Shown: piece after piece, positions 27,302 through 36,955 of the stretch | Numbering within the stretch: the first letter of the stretch is position 1 | How the letters are laid out: each line of letters begins with the position of its first letter | IMG/VR virus record: IMGVR_UViG_3300033076_001226 | Span: 1-49,549 of that record | From: a virus | Taxonomy: Duplodnaviria; Caudoviricetes | Length of the DNA: 49,549 nt | Strand: one strand, 5' to 3' | Notes under the pieces: model-generated | Told to the model about the DNA's origin: nothing | The model's database searches: none | The model's input: only the letters and a program-made list of their open reading frames with translations | Translations under genes and position numbers: made by a program

Positions 27302-28351
27302 TCAGTACCCCTCGAAGACGTTATCCCACCCGCCGTAATCCCACCCGTAGTCCTGGGCCATCGCCCCGGCATTCCCCACGACTGCCGCCAGAGCATCTCC
27401 GCCGTCGAGCCCCGCGTAGTCAGCCGGGTTATAGCCCCACCAGTCGTCGGTGGTGGCCTGAGCAGGTTGGTCAGAGGCAATCGTATACCAAGACGGGGTG
27501 GTTGACCCATATCCAAATCCCGCCCCGCCCCCAATCCCGCCGCCAGAGCCGAAGTATCCGCCACTTGGGGCGGATGGGGTGTAGTTCGCGGTCGGCGTGT
27601 ACCCGAGGCCCGGAGCACCCCCGCCAAACTGGCGAGCCCGGGGTGGATCGTTGCCTCTGAGTTGATCGAGGTACTGCTGCTGCATGGCCCGGTCTGACGC
27701 CGCCTGCTGCGCCGCCCCCTGCTGCTGGGCCAACTGTGCGTATGCCGAGGCGTTGGGATACGGACTGTTGACGCTGTTCATCCAGTCGAGTTGCTTCACG
27801 CCGAGTGCCGTGTTTGCGGCCACTGCGTTCCCGGTATACCCGAGCCCGGCCAGACCGAGTTGGCTTTGATACCCCGCACTGAGTTGTGCGAGTTGATTGG
27901 CCAGATTGACGTTCGCCTTCTCGCGATCCGCGACAAGGCCCCGCTGCACACTCGCCGCCACGGTCGTGTTGCCGAGCCCCGCCGAGGTGAGGCCCTGTGT
28001 TGCCCGGCCGGCCTGCTGGGCGTAGGCGTCACGAATCGCCTGCCGCTGGCTGTCCCCCACACCCTGAATCCCAGCGAGCACGTTGTTCGCGAGGTCGGTG
28101 TACCCCTGTTTGACGGCATCCTGTGCCGACACCTGAGTGGCCATCGTCTGCTGATACCCGGCCAGGATGTTGTTGTAATTCGTCTGGTTAGCCTTCAGGG
28201 CGGAGTTGTACGCCGAGTTGTAGTCACTGCCGGGCTGGAAGTTGAGCGGCCCCTGGATGATGTTGGGGCCGGAATAAGTACCCCCGGTCGGCTGACTCGC
28301 AGCCGCCGGGGTCGCAATGGCACCCGAGGCACCGAACGCTGGCAATGGCAT
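27302..28351 (-). CDS. Internal virion/pilot-type protein
   Basis: Q/A/G/N-rich; directly follows the nozzle gene. Confidence 0.6.
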   Translation of the reverse strand: MPLPAFGASGAIATPAAASQPTGGTYSGPNIIQGPLNFQPGSDYNSAYNSALKANQTNYNNILAGYQQTMATQVSAQDAVKQGYTDLANNVLAGIQGVGDSQRQAIRDAYAQQAGRATQGLTSAGLGNTTVAASVQRGLVADREKANVNLANQLAQLSAGYQSQLGLAGLGYTGNAVAANTALGVKQLDWMNSVNSPYPNASAYAQLAQQQGAAQQAASDRAMQQQYLDQLRGNDPPRARQFGGGAPGLGYTPTANYTPSAPSGGYFGSGGGIGGGAGFGYGSTTPSWYTIASDQPAQATTDDWWGYNPADYAGLDGGDALAAVVGNAGAMAQDYGWDYGGWDNVFEGY

Positions 28352-28360
28352 GTGTGCTCC

Positions 28361-29998
28361 TTAGTGACCCTGGCCCTTGCCACGTTGCCGGACCTTGCCC
28401 TGGGTCGCGAGCATGGTTCGGATCGTCTCCATCTGCCAGGCTGAGGACGACGACAGTTTCAGGTAGATCGCCCTGGCCGCCACGCGAACGCTCTCGGTGA
28501 ATCCTACCCCGGCACTGAACGTCCCGCTGCACACAGCCGGCAGGTCGAGAGCTTCTTCCGCCGTGTTTCCGGCAAATATCTCCCAGGTCACATCACCGGA
28601 GTGCATTCCGAGGATGCCCTGGATTTCCCGCATCATGATCTCGTCGAAGTCTTTCGTGATAAACGGCCCGATGACCACGTAGCTGTTGATCGGAACGCCA
28701 TCGTCTGTTGTCGCGGTGGGATTGATGGCCCGCACGTACCCGTCCCAGCACCCGAGGAGCGGAACCCGGTCGTTCGGCGTGTTGCCGTCATAGATGAGGC
28801 AGCACAAGGGGTCATGGCCGGTCGACGTGAAGCGGTCTGTCCACCATCCCTGTGTTCGCTGCTCCCAGAAAAAGTGGGTGCTTGCACTTTGTGCATCCAG
28901 CGGGGTGACAAAGAGGTGAAAGCCCTGAAGCCGGTCGTCCCACTGAAGCCGGATCGAGTTGTTCCCGGTGTTGATGTTGAGCAACAGAGACTCGATGGCC
29001 CCGCTGATCCGCTGGGGCTGTTGGCCCGGCACCATTGAGTACACGCCCATCCTGTTCGAGCAGAAGTACACAGTGCCAGCCGGGTCTTTCGTCCAGCAGA
29101 TGCCCCACGTCCCACCAACGATGTCGCTGACGCGGTCAAGCTGGCCGCCAGCAAGCGGATCACCGCGCAGGATGTAGATGGAGTTGGACCCGAAAAAGAT
29201 GAGGGTGTCGTCGTTGTACGGGCAGAGCGACATGATTGTGTCGCCGACCAGCCCGAGTGGCGAGTTGTTCCCGGCGACCGCCTGTGTCGCGGTCTGGGAT
29301 GTGGGCGAGTAATCGAAGTTGTTGGGATCGCCCACCGCCGACATGAACCAGTTTTGCGAATCGAACGTGAGACCGGAGAGAACCGTGCGACCTCGCCATG
29401 TGCAGATGAGCCGAGGCGTGTTGCCGGCCCTGTCGACCGGCAGGACGGACGTGATGGCGTTGCCGTCCAGGTCTTGCGTGCCGGCGACCCAGTTTTCCAG
29501 CGAGTTGGTGAGCGGGATGTACTTCGTGTAATTGACGCCGTCGGCGAAGTACAAGACCTGGCTGTTCGCCGCCGAGAACATGATCCCGGAGTAATTGAGT
29601 GGCTGTGCCCGGCCCGTGTTGTTGACGGCCGGCGTCCACGCGGTTGCCCCGGGCTGGGCGGTGAACACTTGGCCCTGGCTGACGGCGACCAGAACGACCG
29701 CCCGGCCGGATTGCGATGTCTGGCTCACGTCTCCCCCCACGATGACGATGGAGTTCAGTTCTTGAACAACCCAGGTGACACCGGCTGGCTGGGTCGGCAG
29801 GTACTTGATGGTTCCGGGTCGGCTGCCGCCGCGAAGGCGAAGGAGCGAGAAGTCGTAAGCCCGCACGTTCACCGCCTCCCGGCTTGTGCGGGCGTACTCA
29901 TTGTCGGGGCCGACAGGCCGGTTGGTTTGACGAGAGAACGGGCACCCGTTGTCGAGGCCCGCCTTGGGGAAGTGGATGTCTTTCTGGGCTTCAGGCAT
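28361..29998 (-). CDS. Tail nozzle/stabilisation protein (P22 gp10 or T7 gp12-like position, beta-propeller)
   Basis: WRGRTVLSG..NWFMSAVGDPNNFD, LIFFGSNSIYILRG, QRISGAIE; size and position. Confidence 0.7.
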   Translation of the reverse strand: MPEAQKDIHFPKAGLDNGCPFSRQTNRPVGPDNEYARTSREAVNVRAYDFSLLRLRGGSRPGTIKYLPTQPAGVTWVVQELNSIVIVGGDVSQTSQSGRAVVLVAVSQGQVFTAQPGATAWTPAVNNTGRAQPLNYSGIMFSAANSQVLYFADGVNYTKYIPLTNSLENWVAGTQDLDGNAITSVLPVDRAGNTPRLICTWRGRTVLSGLTFDSQNWFMSAVGDPNNFDYSPTSQTATQAVAGNNSPLGLVGDTIMSLCPYNDDTLIFFGSNSIYILRGDPLAGGQLDRVSDIVGGTWGICWTKDPAGTVYFCSNRMGVYSMVPGQQPQRISGAIESLLLNINTGNNSIRLQWDDRLQGFHLFVTPLDAQSASTHFFWEQRTQGWWTDRFTSTGHDPLCCLIYDGNTPNDRVPLLGCWDGYVRAINPTATTDDGVPINSYVVIGPFITKDFDEIMMREIQGILGMHSGDVTWEIFAGNTAEEALDLPAVCSGTFSAGVGFTESVRVAARAIYLKLSSSSAWQMETIRTMLATQGKVRQRGKGQGH

Positions 29999-31116
29999 TA
30001 GGGCACCGGGCCGAAGAAGGATTGGATGTCGGCGAAAATGGCAGACCAGAGGTTTGCCTGTGTCGGGTTGTTCGGCAGTTGCTTTGCCTTGAAGTAGGGG
30101 CCGTTGAACACGGTCGCGAGGATGGCCCCGTAGTTGTTGATAAACGTCCGCTGCCCCGCCGCTCCTGTGAATGTGCCTGGGTAGAAACTCGAAGCGTAAT
30201 CTGGCACCAAAGTTCCCGGTGTCGATCCGCTGGTATCTTCTGACCAGTAGAACCTGCCAGCGTAATCCTCGAACTTGCTCATCACGCCTGGCATGATGGC
30301 CAGCTCATTACTGATCCGCCCGTTGTACACGCAAACCTGGATGTAGCCGCCGGCATTCGGCGGATCGCCGCCATCGGTGAATGTGGCTGTCCCGCCCGGG
30401 CCATCGGGAGGTCGGCCTGCCGTAGACTTTGTTGCCGAGGCCCCATACCCCACGAGGCCCGTCCCAAATGTTGACGATGTGGCAACAAAGACCTTGCCGC
30501 CGCGGTATCTGATCGTCGGCATGGGTGTAATTTGAGGCACACAGCACAATGTGCCATCGCCAAGTGTGAATCCAGAAAATGTGGCTTGTGCGACAGGCAG
30601 GCCGACCCACGGCGCCGACTGGATGTAGGGCGGAGTTCCAGGGTCTCCTCGTCCGCCGTTCGGAAACACGATTGCAACGGAAATGTTCTTGGGTGCGAAG
30701 TACGATGCCCAGGCGCTTGCCACGCCAGCGGAAATCGTCCCATCGTCAAACACCGACAGAATGACCGTGTTTGGGAGCCTTGGCAGAAACCCAGGATTGC
30801 CCCATGCACGCGGCGCATCCCAGAATCGCGTGCTGGTCGCACCCCAGGAAAGCTCTTGTGCATTCGCCCCTCGGTCGGGCAAGCCGGGCAGGTAGCCCGC
30901 CTCATACAGACTGCCGCGAGTCCACAGAATTGGATCGGTGACGCCCGGCCCGACCATCAGTTTGCCGAGTGGCATTGCGTATCCGATGAACCCATCAGTG
31001 ATTTCTGCGGTCGCCCCCGTGCCCGGCACTGGCCCAGTTGGAGCATACGCACTTGCGTACTGCACCTGGCCAACATCCAGGTACGCCTGGGGAAAACTGG
31101 CGAACTTGCGGGTCAT
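29998..31116 (-). CDS. Putative virion protein
   Basis: 372 aa; G/P/aromatic-rich; translationally coupled. Confidence 0.65.
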   Translation of the reverse strand: MTRKFASFPQAYLDVGQVQYASAYAPTGPVPGTGATAEITDGFIGYAMPLGKLMVGPGVTDPILWTRGSLYEAGYLPGLPDRGANAQELSWGATSTRFWDAPRAWGNPGFLPRLPNTVILSVFDDGTISAGVASAWASYFAPKNISVAIVFPNGGRGDPGTPPYIQSAPWVGLPVAQATFSGFTLGDGTLCCVPQITPMPTIRYRGGKVFVATSSTFGTGLVGYGASATKSTAGRPPDGPGGTATFTDGGDPPNAGGYIQVCVYNGRISNELAIMPGVMSKFEDYAGRFYWSEDTSGSTPGTLVPDYASSFYPGTFTGAAGQRTFINNYGAILATVFNGPYFKAKQLPNNPTQANLWSAIFADIQSFFGPVP

Positions 31117-31331
31117 GATTGGTCCGGAAGGAATACGGCCGGGAAACCGAAGTACCCAGTCGAAAGTTGCACAACAAGCATGTAAGACCCAGCCGGTATG
31201 GTCTCAGCTGGATCGACTCCCTGACACTCGCACTGCACCGCCCCTGGCTGTCCGTCGATTTGCACGGTGTACGTCTGGCCCGCCCCAGAAATCACGATCC
31301 CGTAGTGTCCGTTGCGCGCTGGGGCTGGCAT
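31113..31331 (-). CDS. Small beta-rich virion protein
   Basis: Coupled ORF; resembles the C-terminus of 31335-31937. Confidence 0.6.
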   Translation of the reverse strand: MPAPARNGHYGIVISGAGQTYTVQIDGQPGAVQCECQGVDPAETIPAGSYMLVVQLSTGYFGFPAVFLPDQS

Positions 31332-31334
31332 TGG

Positions 31335-31937
31335 TTATTGCTCAAAAAAGAGTGCCGGTTGTGCCACATAACTGGAGCCAAGTTGAATGATGGCCGAATT
31401 CCAGTTCTCTGGCAACGTGCCTATGCCCGACAAGATTCTTACAGAGACAGGCCCGAGTTGGGTTGGGATGTACACCGAGTAACCGCCGGCAGTGACCGAC
31501 CGAACTTTTGACGGATACACATTGCCGACCGAGTCGCCGCCCCCACCCCCGCCACCAGTCGGCAGCACACTCTTGACCGGCGTGCTGCCCGATCCGCCCG
31601 GTGGCCCGACGCCGCCAGAGCCCGGGCCATCTGGACCGGGATACGGGACGCCGTTCGGATCGCTCGCCCAACGTGTCTGCTGTTCCAGGTAGCCGAGGAG
31701 CGATGGGTCAACGTAGGTGACTTGATCGAGCAGTTGGACGCGGAACGGGCCGTTGACCAGTTGGGGGATGTATTTTCTGGTGCCCGGCCGACTCCCGCCC
31801 CGCATCCGCAATTCCAGCGGCTCATTCGCCCGAACATTCACGCCGTCCCGGCACGTCGAGCCGGGTTGCATCTCGAACTCGGTCGAGACGTTGATTCCGA
31901 ACAGCGGGAACCACAGGTCGTGAATGTTCTCGTTCAT
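31335..31937 (-). CDS. Virion protein with a nozzle-like N-terminal module and Gly/Pro linker
   Basis: GAGG RBS; VNVRANEPLELRMRGGSRPGTRKY parallels nozzle VNVRAYDFSLLRLRGGSRPGTIKY. Confidence 0.7.
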   Translation of the reverse strand: MNENIHDLWFPLFGINVSTEFEMQPGSTCRDGVNVRANEPLELRMRGGSRPGTRKYIPQLVNGPFRVQLLDQVTYVDPSLLGYLEQQTRWASDPNGVPYPGPDGPGSGGVGPPGGSGSTPVKSVLPTGGGGGGGDSVGNVYPSKVRSVTAGGYSVYIPTQLGPVSVRILSGIGTLPENWNSAIIQLGSSYVAQPALFFEQ

Positions 31938-31938
31938 C

Positions 31939-32259
31939 TCAACCTCGGTACTTGATGTCGGTGATGACATCAAACTCCTTCGTCCCGTCCTCGAACTCCA
32001 CGCCCACCACAATGTAGCCAGGGTTGACGAGGAGGGCGGGAGTCGGGCGATAGCCGGACGGGATCATGTGGGCCGGCCCGCTGATTGTTCCGGCTGGCAG
32101 CGGACCGGCGACGGTCTCAATCGGCGTGCCGTCGGACCACGCAAACCGCACCTGGGTTACCGGCTTGTTGACCTCGATCCAGGCATAGGCCGGGTTGCTG
32201 GAGGTAACGCCACTTGTCGCCGCCGCTGGTGCAATGCCCTTGTTGATGATGCTCGACAT
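31939..32259 (-). CDS. Putative small virion protein
   Basis: GAGG RBS; coupled. Confidence 0.6.
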   Translation of the reverse strand: MSSIINKGIAPAAATSGVTSSNPAYAWIEVNKPVTQVRFAWSDGTPIETVAGPLPAGTISGPAHMIPSGYRPTPALLVNPGYIVVGVEFEDGTKEFDVITDIKYRG

Positions 32260-32267
32260 GGTTGACC

Positions 32268-32918
32268 TCAGAGTTTGGTGATTGTGATTCGACCTTCCCC
32301 ACCTGCGCCGCCCGCACCGCCTCGATACCCGCCACCACCACCAGCGCCGGGAGAACCGCCGGGAGAGCCGGGGGTGTTGTTGACGAACGCCGCCTTTGCC
32401 CCTCCAATTGCCCCGCCGGGGGCATCGGCCCCGTCGTTGGTAACTGCCGTGTAGCCACCCGTAATCGTGTCGCCAATACACAAGGCCGCCTGACCGATTT
32501 GGGAGACAGGCGTTCCGTTGGCGGTGTCACCATAACAGCCAAACGCACCGGCCGCTTTGACCAAGTTATTCCCAAAAATGCACGGGCCAGCGTCCGTGCC
32601 AGCAGTCGCAGTCTGGCCACCAAGCCCTGGGTCCCCCGGTGCCCCGATCGACAACGCATATGTTCCAGCCGACAGCGTCAGTGTGGATACCACCATTGAC
32701 CCCGACCCGCCCCCCGCGCCTTGAATTGACCGTGACCCGCCGCCCCCACCCGCCCCCGCCGCTTCGCATTTGACCGTATACGTTCCGGCCTCCAAATCGA
32801 CTGCTGACGTGAGTGGTCCGTTGTACACCCAAGACGACACAGGGAGAGCCGGGGAAATCGGCCCTCCCTGCTGAACTTCCCGCAAAGGAGATGACAGTCT
32901 CAGTTCCCTCCGCCTCAT
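32268..32918 (-). CDS. Glycine-rich tail fibre-type protein
   Basis: AAGAGGGGGS...GAGGGSG...PGAGGGGG...GAGGEGRITI. Confidence 0.7.
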   Translation of the reverse strand: MRRRELRLSSPLREVQQGGPISPALPVSSWVYNGPLTSAVDLEAGTYTVKCEAAGAGGGGGSRSIQGAGGGSGSMVVSTLTLSAGTYALSIGAPGDPGLGGQTATAGTDAGPCIFGNNLVKAAGAFGCYGDTANGTPVSQIGQAALCIGDTITGGYTAVTNDGADAPGGAIGGAKAAFVNNTPGSPGGSPGAGGGGGYRGGAGGAGGEGRITITKL

Positions 32919-32919
32919 C

Positions 32920-33468
32920 TCAGACCTCCGCGTACAGGCAATTCGCACTTGTGGCCGATCCGCCGGTGCCGAATCGGACTTCCACAAGCTGAGACCCTTT
33001 GCGGTCCAGGATGATCGAGGCCATCACGTTGCCGGTCGGGCTAATGATCTCGTTCGAGATGTTGGCGTTCCCGACCCCCAGCGTGATTGTCCCGCAAAAC
33101 AGGTGGGTGTTATCGACCGGCGTGCCGGCCACACCCGCCAGTGTGCACAATGTGCACGTGAACGATGCGAGCAGGTACGGCACCCACAATGGAATGATGG
33201 GTGTCGTCGCCCCTTGCCGCTGGCGAACACTCCGCCAGCCGTAGATTTTCATGCTGAACGTGTTGGTGGCCGACCCCACGCCATACGGCACGATGAGCAG
33301 GCCATTGCTCACCTTCCCGCCCTGGCCCGTCTCTCCTCCGCCGATCGACAGAACCCCATCCCCGGTTGGAGTCGTTGCGGTCGGCGACGGCTCCGTGATG
33401 GACGACGTTGTCACGTCGGCCCCGGGGTTGGAGATTGCGAACGGTGGCGAGATGGTTTCGATAATCAT
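32920..33468 (-). CDS. Putative virion protein
   Basis: T/G-rich beta protein in the structural operon. Confidence 0.65.
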   Translation of the reverse strand: MIIETISPPFAISNPGADVTTSSITEPSPTATTPTGDGVLSIGGGETGQGGKVSNGLLIVPYGVGSATNTFSMKIYGWRSVRQRQGATTPIIPLWVPYLLASFTCTLCTLAGVAGTPVDNTHLFCGTITLGVGNANISNEIISPTGNVMASIILDRKGSQLVEVRFGTGGSATSANCLYAEV

Positions 33469-33475
33469 GGTTTAC

Positions 33476-33727
33476 TCAGGCCACAGAGGCCCAGCTGGAG
33501 GAGGTGGATGTGCCCTGGTTGACGTACAGGAGCGAGCCAGCCGACCCCAGCGGGTTGATGAACAGCGCTCCCTTCGAGTAACCGGGGATGCCGTTTGTCG
33601 GCACACCGGTCGATGTGTTGTAAGTGCCCGGTGTGCCGATGGTGGCCAGCATGATGACCGTGCCCTGGCCAGCCATCTCTGCCCGGACCAACTCTCCGAG
33701 GCCGCCGGTGACATCGAGAACTCGCAT
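33476..33727 (-). CDS. Small virion protein (head fibre/decoration-like)
   Basis: GVPTNGIPGYSKGALFIN...LYVNQGT...W. Confidence 0.6.
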   Translation of the reverse strand: MRVLDVTGGLGELVRAEMAGQGTVIMLATIGTPGTYNTSTGVPTNGIPGYSKGALFINPLGSAGSLLYVNQGTSTSSSWASVA

Positions 33728-33741
33728 CGGTCTCTCCCTTG

Positions 33742-34563
33742 TTACCCTGGGACGACGCCGCCGACTGTCACAGTCGGGAAGCCGTACAGCCCAAGTCGTT
33801 GTTGCGGACGATTGTACAGGTCGCTCCTGTCTCCGTTGTAGCCGACAAGTGCCGGCCGCACACGCCGATCCTGGTCGATCGACGACCGCAGCCGCTCCAT
33901 GAACCGCTGCTGCCACAGCCCCGATGTGTCGTTCAGGGCCTCCTCGGCGGCTGCCTTGCACCCAGCCAGCACGGTCTCGGCGTGGGAGGCCCCGCCGTAC
34001 ACATATGGCCGGGCACCGGAGAGGAAGTCCGGGTTGACGTAGTACGTCATCTGGAACACGTACTCGCCATCGGTAATCGGGTACACGAGCAGCTTGTACC
34101 GGTTGCTGGCCTGCGGCGACGTGCCGCGGATCGGCGCGAACGCGATCATCTGCGGCCGACCGGTGGCAGTCGAGTTGGCCTGATATGCCTGGCGAATCGT
34201 GCCCTCATTGCCTGGCCGCAGTTCCCAGGGAAACTGAGCCGGGCTTGTGCCGACCGTGACAATCCCGTTCACGCCCGCAAAGTCGTCGGGCATCTCCCAT
34301 TCCTGCTGGCCGGTCGGAACAGTGATGGACGAGGTGGGCTGGAGGAACGACCAGTCGTGAGTAACGGTCTGCCCGTTCACGATGAGCGTCGGGAAGTAGA
34401 ACCGCCGCAAACCGCTCGCCAGCGTGACGTTGATTGACTGGAGTTGTGTTGCCGTCCACGCCCGGTCGGTGTACGGCGGGGTGTTGCCCCGGCCCCAGCC
34501 AAGAAAAAAACCGACCTCCGCTTGGAGGTCGGCATACCGGAGTGACAGAGTCGATTCCATCAT
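33742..34563 (-). CDS. Head-tail adaptor protein
   Basis: INVTLASGLRRFY..HDWSFL..EMPDDF..GRPQ..VYPITDGEY; position after the capsid genes. Confidence 0.7.
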   Translation of the reverse strand: MMESTLSLRYADLQAEVGFFLGWGRGNTPPYTDRAWTATQLQSINVTLASGLRRFYFPTLIVNGQTVTHDWSFLQPTSSITVPTGQQEWEMPDDFAGVNGIVTVGTSPAQFPWELRPGNEGTIRQAYQANSTATGRPQMIAFAPIRGTSPQASNRYKLLVYPITDGEYVFQMTYYVNPDFLSGARPYVYGGASHAETVLAGCKAAAEEALNDTSGLWQQRFMERLRSSIDQDRRVRPALVGYNGDRSDLYNRPQQRLGLYGFPTVTVGGVVPG

Positions 34564-34688
34564 TTGCCCCGTTTGATTTCAGGAGCCGGCGGTGGCGTCT
34601 TGCCATCCATCACGTGGTTCCCTCGTTTGATGTTACCACAGCACCCTTTGCCACCCTTGCTTTTCCCGCCTTTGCCTTTGCCGTACAT
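34560..34688 (-). CDS. Tiny K/G-rich basic protein
   Basis: AGGAGG RBS; MYGKGKGGKSKGGKGCCG. Confidence 0.5.
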   Translation of the reverse strand: MYGKGKGGKSKGGKGCCGNIKRGNHVMDGKTPPPAPEIKRGK

Positions 34689-34689
34689 A

Positions 34690-35454
34690 TCAGACCCTCC
34701 TGACGCCTTGTTCCCACACCACCGGACCACCCGGGGTGTTCCACACAACCGGCTTCCCATCGCGATACTGTTCCCACTGTTCGCGAGGGAACGCGGTGTT
34801 CCGCTCCGAGCACCAGTGCCAGCCTACCGTGTGGCACGATGTGTCGATCACTGGCTTGATGCCGAGCCGGTGAACCTTCTCGAAAAACGCGAAGTCCTCT
34901 GTGCCGCCGACATCAACCACGCCATCCAGGAACTTGTATTCGCTGGGCTGCGCGAACCAGTTCGGGTTGCCGTACTTGTCCACGCCGATGTCGAGTTCCT
35001 TTATGCACCGGCGGAACACCTCGGTCCGGACGACCGACAGGCCCATTGACCACCCGTAAGCCGTTGTGACCTGGTCTGGCACGAACGGCAGAGTCCCGCA
35101 TCCCGGGCCGGGGAAGATGAGGGGCTGGGCGTTGTCGGTCTTCCCGAAGTACACGCCCGAGGCCACGTCGGCGTTGTGGCTGAGGAGCTTCAGAAGTGCT
35201 CCTGGCGGGCACAACACATCGTCGTCCAAGAAGAAGATGTAGGGCACCGTGTACTGGCCCTGATCTTCGACGTTCAGGATTCGCTGGACGACCACGTTTC
35301 GCCCTTCGGCGATCTGGCCGCCAACCTCGTCCTTCCAGAAGAAGGTGCCCCGGCCACAGTTCATCGGCCAGAGCAGTCCTTCGCGGGCCGCGACCCATTC
35401 AATCGAAAGCCTTCCCAGGGTTGGGAAGGCCATTGCGTACATCTGCTTTTTCAC
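34690..35454 (-). CDS. GT2-like (GT-A fold) glycosyltransferase
   Basis: IAEGRN..V, IFFLDDDV (DxD), ALLKLL..NADVASGVYF, GTEDFAFF, IDTS..VGWH. Confidence 0.85.
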   Translation of the reverse strand: MKKQMYAMAFPTLGRLSIEWVAAREGLLWPMNCGRGTFFWKDEVGGQIAEGRNVVVQRILNVEDQGQYTVPYIFFLDDDVLCPPGALLKLLSHNADVASGVYFGKTDNAQPLIFPGPGCGTLPFVPDQVTTAYGWSMGLSVVRTEVFRRCIKELDIGVDKYGNPNWFAQPSEYKFLDGVVDVGGTEDFAFFEKVHRLGIKPVIDTSCHTVGWHWCSERNTAFPREQWEQYRDGKPVVWNTPGGPVVWEQGVRRV

Positions 35455-35482
35455 GTCATCCCCCGTTTTGGCACATTGTGCC

Positions 35483-36439
35483 TTATTGCCAGGCTTGCTG
35501 GGCCACACGCACCCAGTCCACGTTGTGGTTGAGGCCGGTTGCGGTGGAGGCGTTCATGATGGCCACTGCCGGCCCCATGTACCCTCGCGGGAAGTTGCTC
35601 GCGGCAATGTCACTCCGACCGAGGAAGGCCGCCGCCGGCAGGCCGTTGACGAACACTTGCAGGATCGGCTTCGCGTTGATGCCGAGCGTTGAGTTTCCCG
35701 GTGTGGTGGCAGTCACCAGTTGGGGCTGAGCGTTCGGGTTGTACACGAACCCGAGTTTGTAATAGGTCCCGGCAACGGCAGCCGAGCCGGTGACGGTCGT
35801 GATGAGGGTCTGGAGGTTGGGCGGTCGGACGGCCGCGACTCCCGACGCCTGGAACACGAAGCCTACATCGTTGCCGATCGATCCCACCCGGTGGAATCCA
35901 ATCAGGTTGCAGGAGTTGTACAGGCTCCCGCTGGTGGTTGTGATGGGCTGCCCCGCCGTCGGAGCACCCTTATCGGCCACGCCGTAAAACACGTCGTTCA
36001 CCGACGCGGCAGCCGTCGAAATCTGCCCGAGGGCGATCCGGCACTCGAAGGCCAGAGCCCCTGGCACCGGGGTACTGGTGGAGTCCGCGATCTGCACTGC
36101 CCCGCACATCGTTGTCAGAGCGATGCCCTGGTTAGATGTGGTCCCACACTGCATTGTCAACACGCCGCCGTACTGGCTGGCGTCTGCGACCGTGGCATTG
36201 GCGTAGGCGTACAGAGCCCACTGCCCGAGCGTGCCGGTTGTCGCCGCTGCCCCAAGTGCGGCCGATGGTGCAACGCGGTCAAAGTCGTCGAAGAAGTAAT
36301 AACCGGTGCGAGGGTCGACAATGAAGTCGTTGACCCAATAGCCGGATGGGAGACCCTGGCCACACCAAATGCTTTCTGACGGCCCCCTTTCGGTGTTGGC
36401 CGTCAGGTTGCCTTCAACAATCACACTTTTCACGGTCAT
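35483..36439 (-). CDS. Minor capsid/decoration protein
   Basis: YYFFDDF...FECRI...VDWVRVAQ; directly downstream of the capsid genes. Confidence 0.6.
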   Translation of the reverse strand: MTVKSVIVEGNLTANTERGPSESIWCGQGLPSGYWVNDFIVDPRTGYYFFDDFDRVAPSAALGAAATTGTLGQWALYAYANATVADASQYGGVLTMQCGTTSNQGIALTTMCGAVQIADSTSTPVPGALAFECRIALGQISTAAASVNDVFYGVADKGAPTAGQPITTTSGSLYNSCNLIGFHRVGSIGNDVGFVFQASGVAAVRPPNLQTLITTVTGSAAVAGTYYKLGFVYNPNAQPQLVTATTPGNSTLGINAKPILQVFVNGLPAAAFLGRSDIAASNFPRGYMGPAVAIMNASTATGLNHNVDWVRVAQQAWQ

Positions 36440-36455
36440 GGTTGCCCCTTGTTAA

Positions 36456-36944
36456 TCAGCCCGCGGGCTGTGTTTCGAGAAGGGCCTGCATATCGGCGAT
36501 TTCTTGTTGCTTGGCCGCAAGCTCCCTGCGGAGCCTGACAACCTCGGCGGTCGCCTGATCTGCGTCGGCCGGAATTGGCTCGATCTGTTTACCCGAGGCG
36601 GTGTATTCGCCGATCGGGTACGGGGCCGCCCCTGTGCGGCGGTACACCCGCTTCGAAGTCCCCCGTGTGGCGACAACCAAGTCCCCCTCTTCAACCGGGA
36701 ACGTGAGTTGCGTGTTCTTGCCCTTGCCTCCTGTCTGGTGCCCCACCCGTTCCAGGTCCGGCATGGCCTCGTTTCCGAGAGATTGCCGGACCTCCATCGT
36801 GAGCCCGTCGTTCGTGTACCCGATGAGGTGGCGACATCGCCCGTGCTCATCAAGCAGTTCACCCCGGCAGTTGTAAGGACAGTCGGGGATGGGCGTGGGG
36901 CCTTGTTTTCCAACCGACCAACCACCCTTCAGGGCCACAGTCAT
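36456..36944 (-). CDS. Hypothetical protein
   Basis: ORF between the capsid and decoration genes. Confidence 0.65.
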   Translation of the reverse strand: MTVALKGGWSVGKQGPTPIPDCPYNCRGELLDEHGRCRHLIGYTNDGLTMEVRQSLGNEAMPDLERVGHQTGGKGKNTQLTFPVEEGDLVVATRGTSKRVYRRTGAAPYPIGEYTASGKQIEPIPADADQATAEVVRLRRELAAKQQEIADMQALLETQPAG

Positions 36945-36955
36945 GGTCGAATTCC

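Noticed and set aside
24949-33468. Diversity-generating retroelement or invertible tail-fibre cassette
   Set aside because: No reverse transcriptase, invertase or template/variable repeat pair seen
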